From positions 2,046,001 through 2,110,000 of the forward strand of contig AP026123.1 in assembly GCA_030295235.1 (NCBI GenBank): a stretch of 64,000 bases of DNA, in the 5' to 3' direction. Shown in pieces: positions 60,601-64,000 of this stretch (position 1 is its first letter; each line of letters begins with the position of its first letter). The position numbers were made by a program, and so were the translations under genes. Source of the stretch: Fistulifera solaris. Lineage: Eukaryota. Below the pieces are notes generated by a model. That model was not told the DNA's origin and ran no database searches. It saw only the letters and a list, made by a program, of their open reading frames with translations.

Positions 60601-63125
60601 AGCCTTGTCAGCCTTCAACAAGTCGGCTTGAGCTTTAGAGCTTAGATGTTCAAGATCCTTGACCCGCATATCACTTTCACTCAATTGAAGCTGCAACTTC
60701 TCAAGTTCACCGGAGTGCTTTTCTCGCTCTTGTTTCAATTGCGATGATAGGCGGGCGACCTCTTCATGAAGTTTTTCTTTCTCGCTCCCAGCTTTGGTTG
60801 CGAGTGTTGCCTCAATACGGCGTAGATTATCGTTGACAGATCCATAACGAGCAATGTCGGCGCGCAGTTGGTGGTTTTCCTCGACCGCGCGGGCCTCAGA
60901 AGCTTTAGCGGTATCTAATTGAGCTTGCAGGAGACGAAGATTACTCTCCAATCGCCGCGAGTCTTCTTCCGCGCGGCTTAATCGTGAGTTCACTTGTGAG
61001 AGGCTTCGCTGGAGCTCCGCATTCATTCGTTCTAACTCGCTTTTTGCACTCATGATGGACATAACCTCACCGCGAGAGCGCTCAAGAGCTGATTCCAAAC
61101 GTTCCGACTTCTCCTTATGATAGTCAGTTTCAGATGACTTGCGAGCCACTTCGCTACGATGCGAGACCAGCTGGCTTTCTAAAGAGTCAACAGAGCTTCT
61201 CAACTCAGTCAACACTGATTCGTACCGACCAATGCGTTCCGATAAGCTTTCTTTTTCTCTCAAAGCAGAATCATAATCCGACTTGGCAGCAATCAGTTGG
61301 TTTTCAAGCTCTTTGTTGCGTTCTTCTAGAGCCCTGGACCGGTCCGATTGCTGTCTTATCACTGCCAAAGCGTCTGCTTCGTCCTGGAAAGTGCCTAAAA
61401 TGTTACTATCCTTTGACGCCAACAGCGATTTATATAGATCGCGCTGCATGGCGATTTGTGTCGCAAGACTTTCTTGATCGCGCTGCTCCTGTCGAAGAAC
61501 ATTCAGCTGAGATTCTTGCTCCTCAAGCTTTCGCTGTAGGTTATCATCGTCAAATTTTCGCTCAAGATCTTCAATTATTAGCATCAATCTTTGCTGCTCA
61601 GTAAGCAACCGCTGGTTCTGACTCTGCATTTGCTGAACAGACAAAGGAACATCATCATCGACATTTCCACCGGAGCGGCTTGTGAGAAGCCCCTGTACCT
61701 GTTTTGCCAATTCTTCTGACTCCTTCTTCTTGGTCGCGAGGACGAGTCGCATAGTAGATATTTCATTCTGAGCATCTCTAGCTTCCTCTCTTGCGGTGTC
61801 GCGATCAAAAATGACTTGCCGCAGCCTCTGTTCATAATCGTTCATTTTGTCCATAGCGAGTTCGTACTCCTCAAGTTGGCGAATCATTTTTGGGCGAGAG
61901 TCCAAAATGTCTTGCTCCACCTGTCTGAACTGTAGTTGCCAATGTTTACATAGAATTTTTTCCTGTCGAAGTGCCTGTTTTGTCTCTTCAAGTTTTGTGT
62001 ACAGATCTGTCAATGACATCGGCTCTGCGTCTTTCTCGTCGTCAGTTGCCATTTCGATACTGTTTGCGATAATGCCGACGGCTCGAGGATTCTTTGCCTG
62101 CACCTCTTCTAGCTTCTTCTCGTAATCTTCCTTCTGCTGTTCAAGCAGTTGTTTTGATTCAGTTTCCAATTCAACGCGTAAGCGACTAAGTTCCTCTTCG
62201 TTTGCCTCCATGGCACGTGCAGCTGCTTCTTTCATGTCTTCATTCTGACGGACCACGTCATTGTATCGCTGTTGCCACCTTTCTAAATGATCCTTTTGCA
62301 ATTGAACGAGTCTCTTTTCCTCTCTCAACTGATCTTCACTTGTCTCTTGGACGGCAACAAGCTCTTGCTTTACGGAAAGAAGGTCCCGAGATAGTTGGTC
62401 AACCCTTTCTTGTAATTCGACCTCAGTCTGCTTTACAACTTGGAGAGTTGCTTCCACAGTCTTTTTTCTCTGTAGTGGTTTGGTCTAGTTGCATGTGGAG
62501 GTCAAGCGTGCGGTCGCGCGATTCTTGCTGAAGGCGGTTATAGTCTTCGGCTTTTTGCTGAAGTTCTTTCTCTAACCATTTAGAGTGAGCTTGCAAACTA
62601 TCGATTTCAATTCGAAGGCGTTGAGTTTCATGAAAGAGGGGGATAGCCTCAGAATCCTTCAGCTTGGTCTGAACCTCTAGTGTCGAAATAATCTTCGATT
62701 TCTCAGCATTCTGATCAGATAAGCGACTTTGTGACAAGGAAAATGTTAGAAGACGGTTCATTATGGGCATACGGTATCCTAGAAGAACGTACCTCAACTC
62801 TTCTCGTAGCGAATCGCTCTCGGCTTGAGATCTATCGACTCGTTCTTGAGCCAACTTGACGCTCTCTTCCAGAGTCAGAATTTTCGACTGTGTGGCCAAC
62901 TTATTTGCTATTTCTTTCTCAAGCTCGATCTGTAATCGCTGGATCGTTCCACTGGCATCGTCAACTAGCTTTTCTTTAGCCTCCAACAGCTCGTGCTCCA
63001 GACGATCGCGTTCCTCTCGGACTGCAAAATATTGGCGCTCCAAGTCTTCCAGCACCGTTTGCGAAACCAAATCCTCACCACGGGGGGAACGGCGCATCTG
63101 CCGTACCGCCCAAATCCATGTCCAT
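57670..63125 (-). CDS. TPR: Nuclear basket nucleoporin Tpr/Mlp1-like, long coiled coil (intron ~62727-62792; several frameshifts)
   Basis: About 1.7k residues of heptad coiled coil with SLTDLYT, QRDLYKSLL, AQRNYERELGLHS, ELRELVRFLRSE, WKERVQNLVSKF..IDPEE. C-terminal FG-rich tail. Confidence 0.85.
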
Positions 63126-64000
63126 CTTTTACAACTTTCCCTGTCCTTGATAAAGCAACTTCACGAAGATGACTTATCAAGTGGATGGGATTGATTGTAT
63201 ACGTAGTACCCCTGTATCATTTATCTTCGGTCCGCTGCCCCCGAAGCCGAAGCCCGCGATGCGAGGCAGAGTGCGGCAAAGCGATATTTATTCTCGTACG
63301 ACGCACGTACAAACTAGGGGTGCTGGGTCGGTAAGTTCGCCTATAGTATTGTATAGGACTGGGAACCCACGAAGCAGCCTCCCCTGAGCTTTGGTGATTC
63401 TCTTCATCGAAACGTTTTAAAAGCACATAACGAGTCCGGTGATTGAAAAGAGACGTTTTAAAAGATACAAAGTATATTCGATAATGATTGATGAATGATG
63501 AATCATCGTCATCACCGCATCGAAACGCTGAATGTCCTTTGGTAATACCTGATAGGAACGCCTATCATTCAGCGTTTGTTGACTTTCCATTTGTTAGGAC
63601 CCAACACTTACTCAATACCTCGTAGTTATTGTCGATGATGGATGATGAGGGAGCGTGTCGGCTGGGATAATGGTGTATCGCCAACGATTACAAATTCTAA
63701 AGCATCGTGCTTAAAGAGAATATTTCTGTGGTCATACTGGACAGGAAGGGCTTTGAGCTTGAGGGAGGAGATAGGAACACGAAACACGAGAGACATTGAA
63801 CTTCTAGTTTTGATTGTCGGATTAGTCTAATGCCTAGCTAGCTAGCAAGGATTACCGTTGATGGTCCCTATTTAGCAATTCAACGGAAAACGTAGTAGCA
63901 ATGACTACAATATACAACTATAATTGAAATAAAAATGTACAACATTTGGACACAAGAAAACAACCTTGAAAGAAAGCAATGACGACAAGAAAACATGAAC

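Noticed and set aside
5832..63125. Many frameshifted genes (GTPase copies 2 and 3, ARS2, HemK, DGD, kinase, rhodanese, DEAH helicase, DUF866, Tpr) as pseudogenes or programmed frameshifting
   Set aside because: Most breaks I could place are single-base indels at homopolymer runs and hit essential genes throughout the window. That is the signature of unpolished long-read error; short-read mapping would settle it.
1..64000. Numerous 60-150 aa ORFs overlapping called genes or lying in intergenic DNA; tRNA/rRNA genes
   Set aside because: The small ORFs have no recognisable motifs and many use non-ATG starts. I could not identify any tRNA cloverleaf or rRNA sequence by eye.

Overview
Gene-dense eukaryotic nuclear DNA with short GT-AG introns, most likely a diatom (stramenopile). 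The evidence is plastid-type bipartite leaders, a DGDG synthase, an ShKT-prolyl 4-hydroxylase and compact intergenic spaces; the taxon is my inference. About 30 genes are recognisable: SFT2, Sam50, ASF1, ARS2/SERRATE, SDF2, HemK, P4H, a TIP41 fusion, PLA2G12-like, DGD, Alba, a CaMK-cNMP kinase, TAF7, a TrhO-like rhodanese, a DEAH helicase, DUF866, Tim23, SET, PX, Ubl, Tpr and others. Many conserved genes are broken by single-base indels in homopolymer runs, which points to long-read assembly error rather than pseudogenes. Three things stand out. (1) A tandem array of three intronless dynamin-like P-loop GTPases (3.4-10 kb) has a homogenised GTPase core and a hypervariable Cys-rich C-terminal module. 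(2) A ~3.7 kb AT-rich island (43.5-47.2 kb) lacks housekeeping genes, is bounded by palindromic inverted repeats, and carries a Helitron-like coding remnant and orphan ORFs. (3) Intergenic DNA repeatedly contains tandem repeats with a 7-bp period but unrelated unit sequences. Product names come from recognising motifs by eye; no database searches were run.
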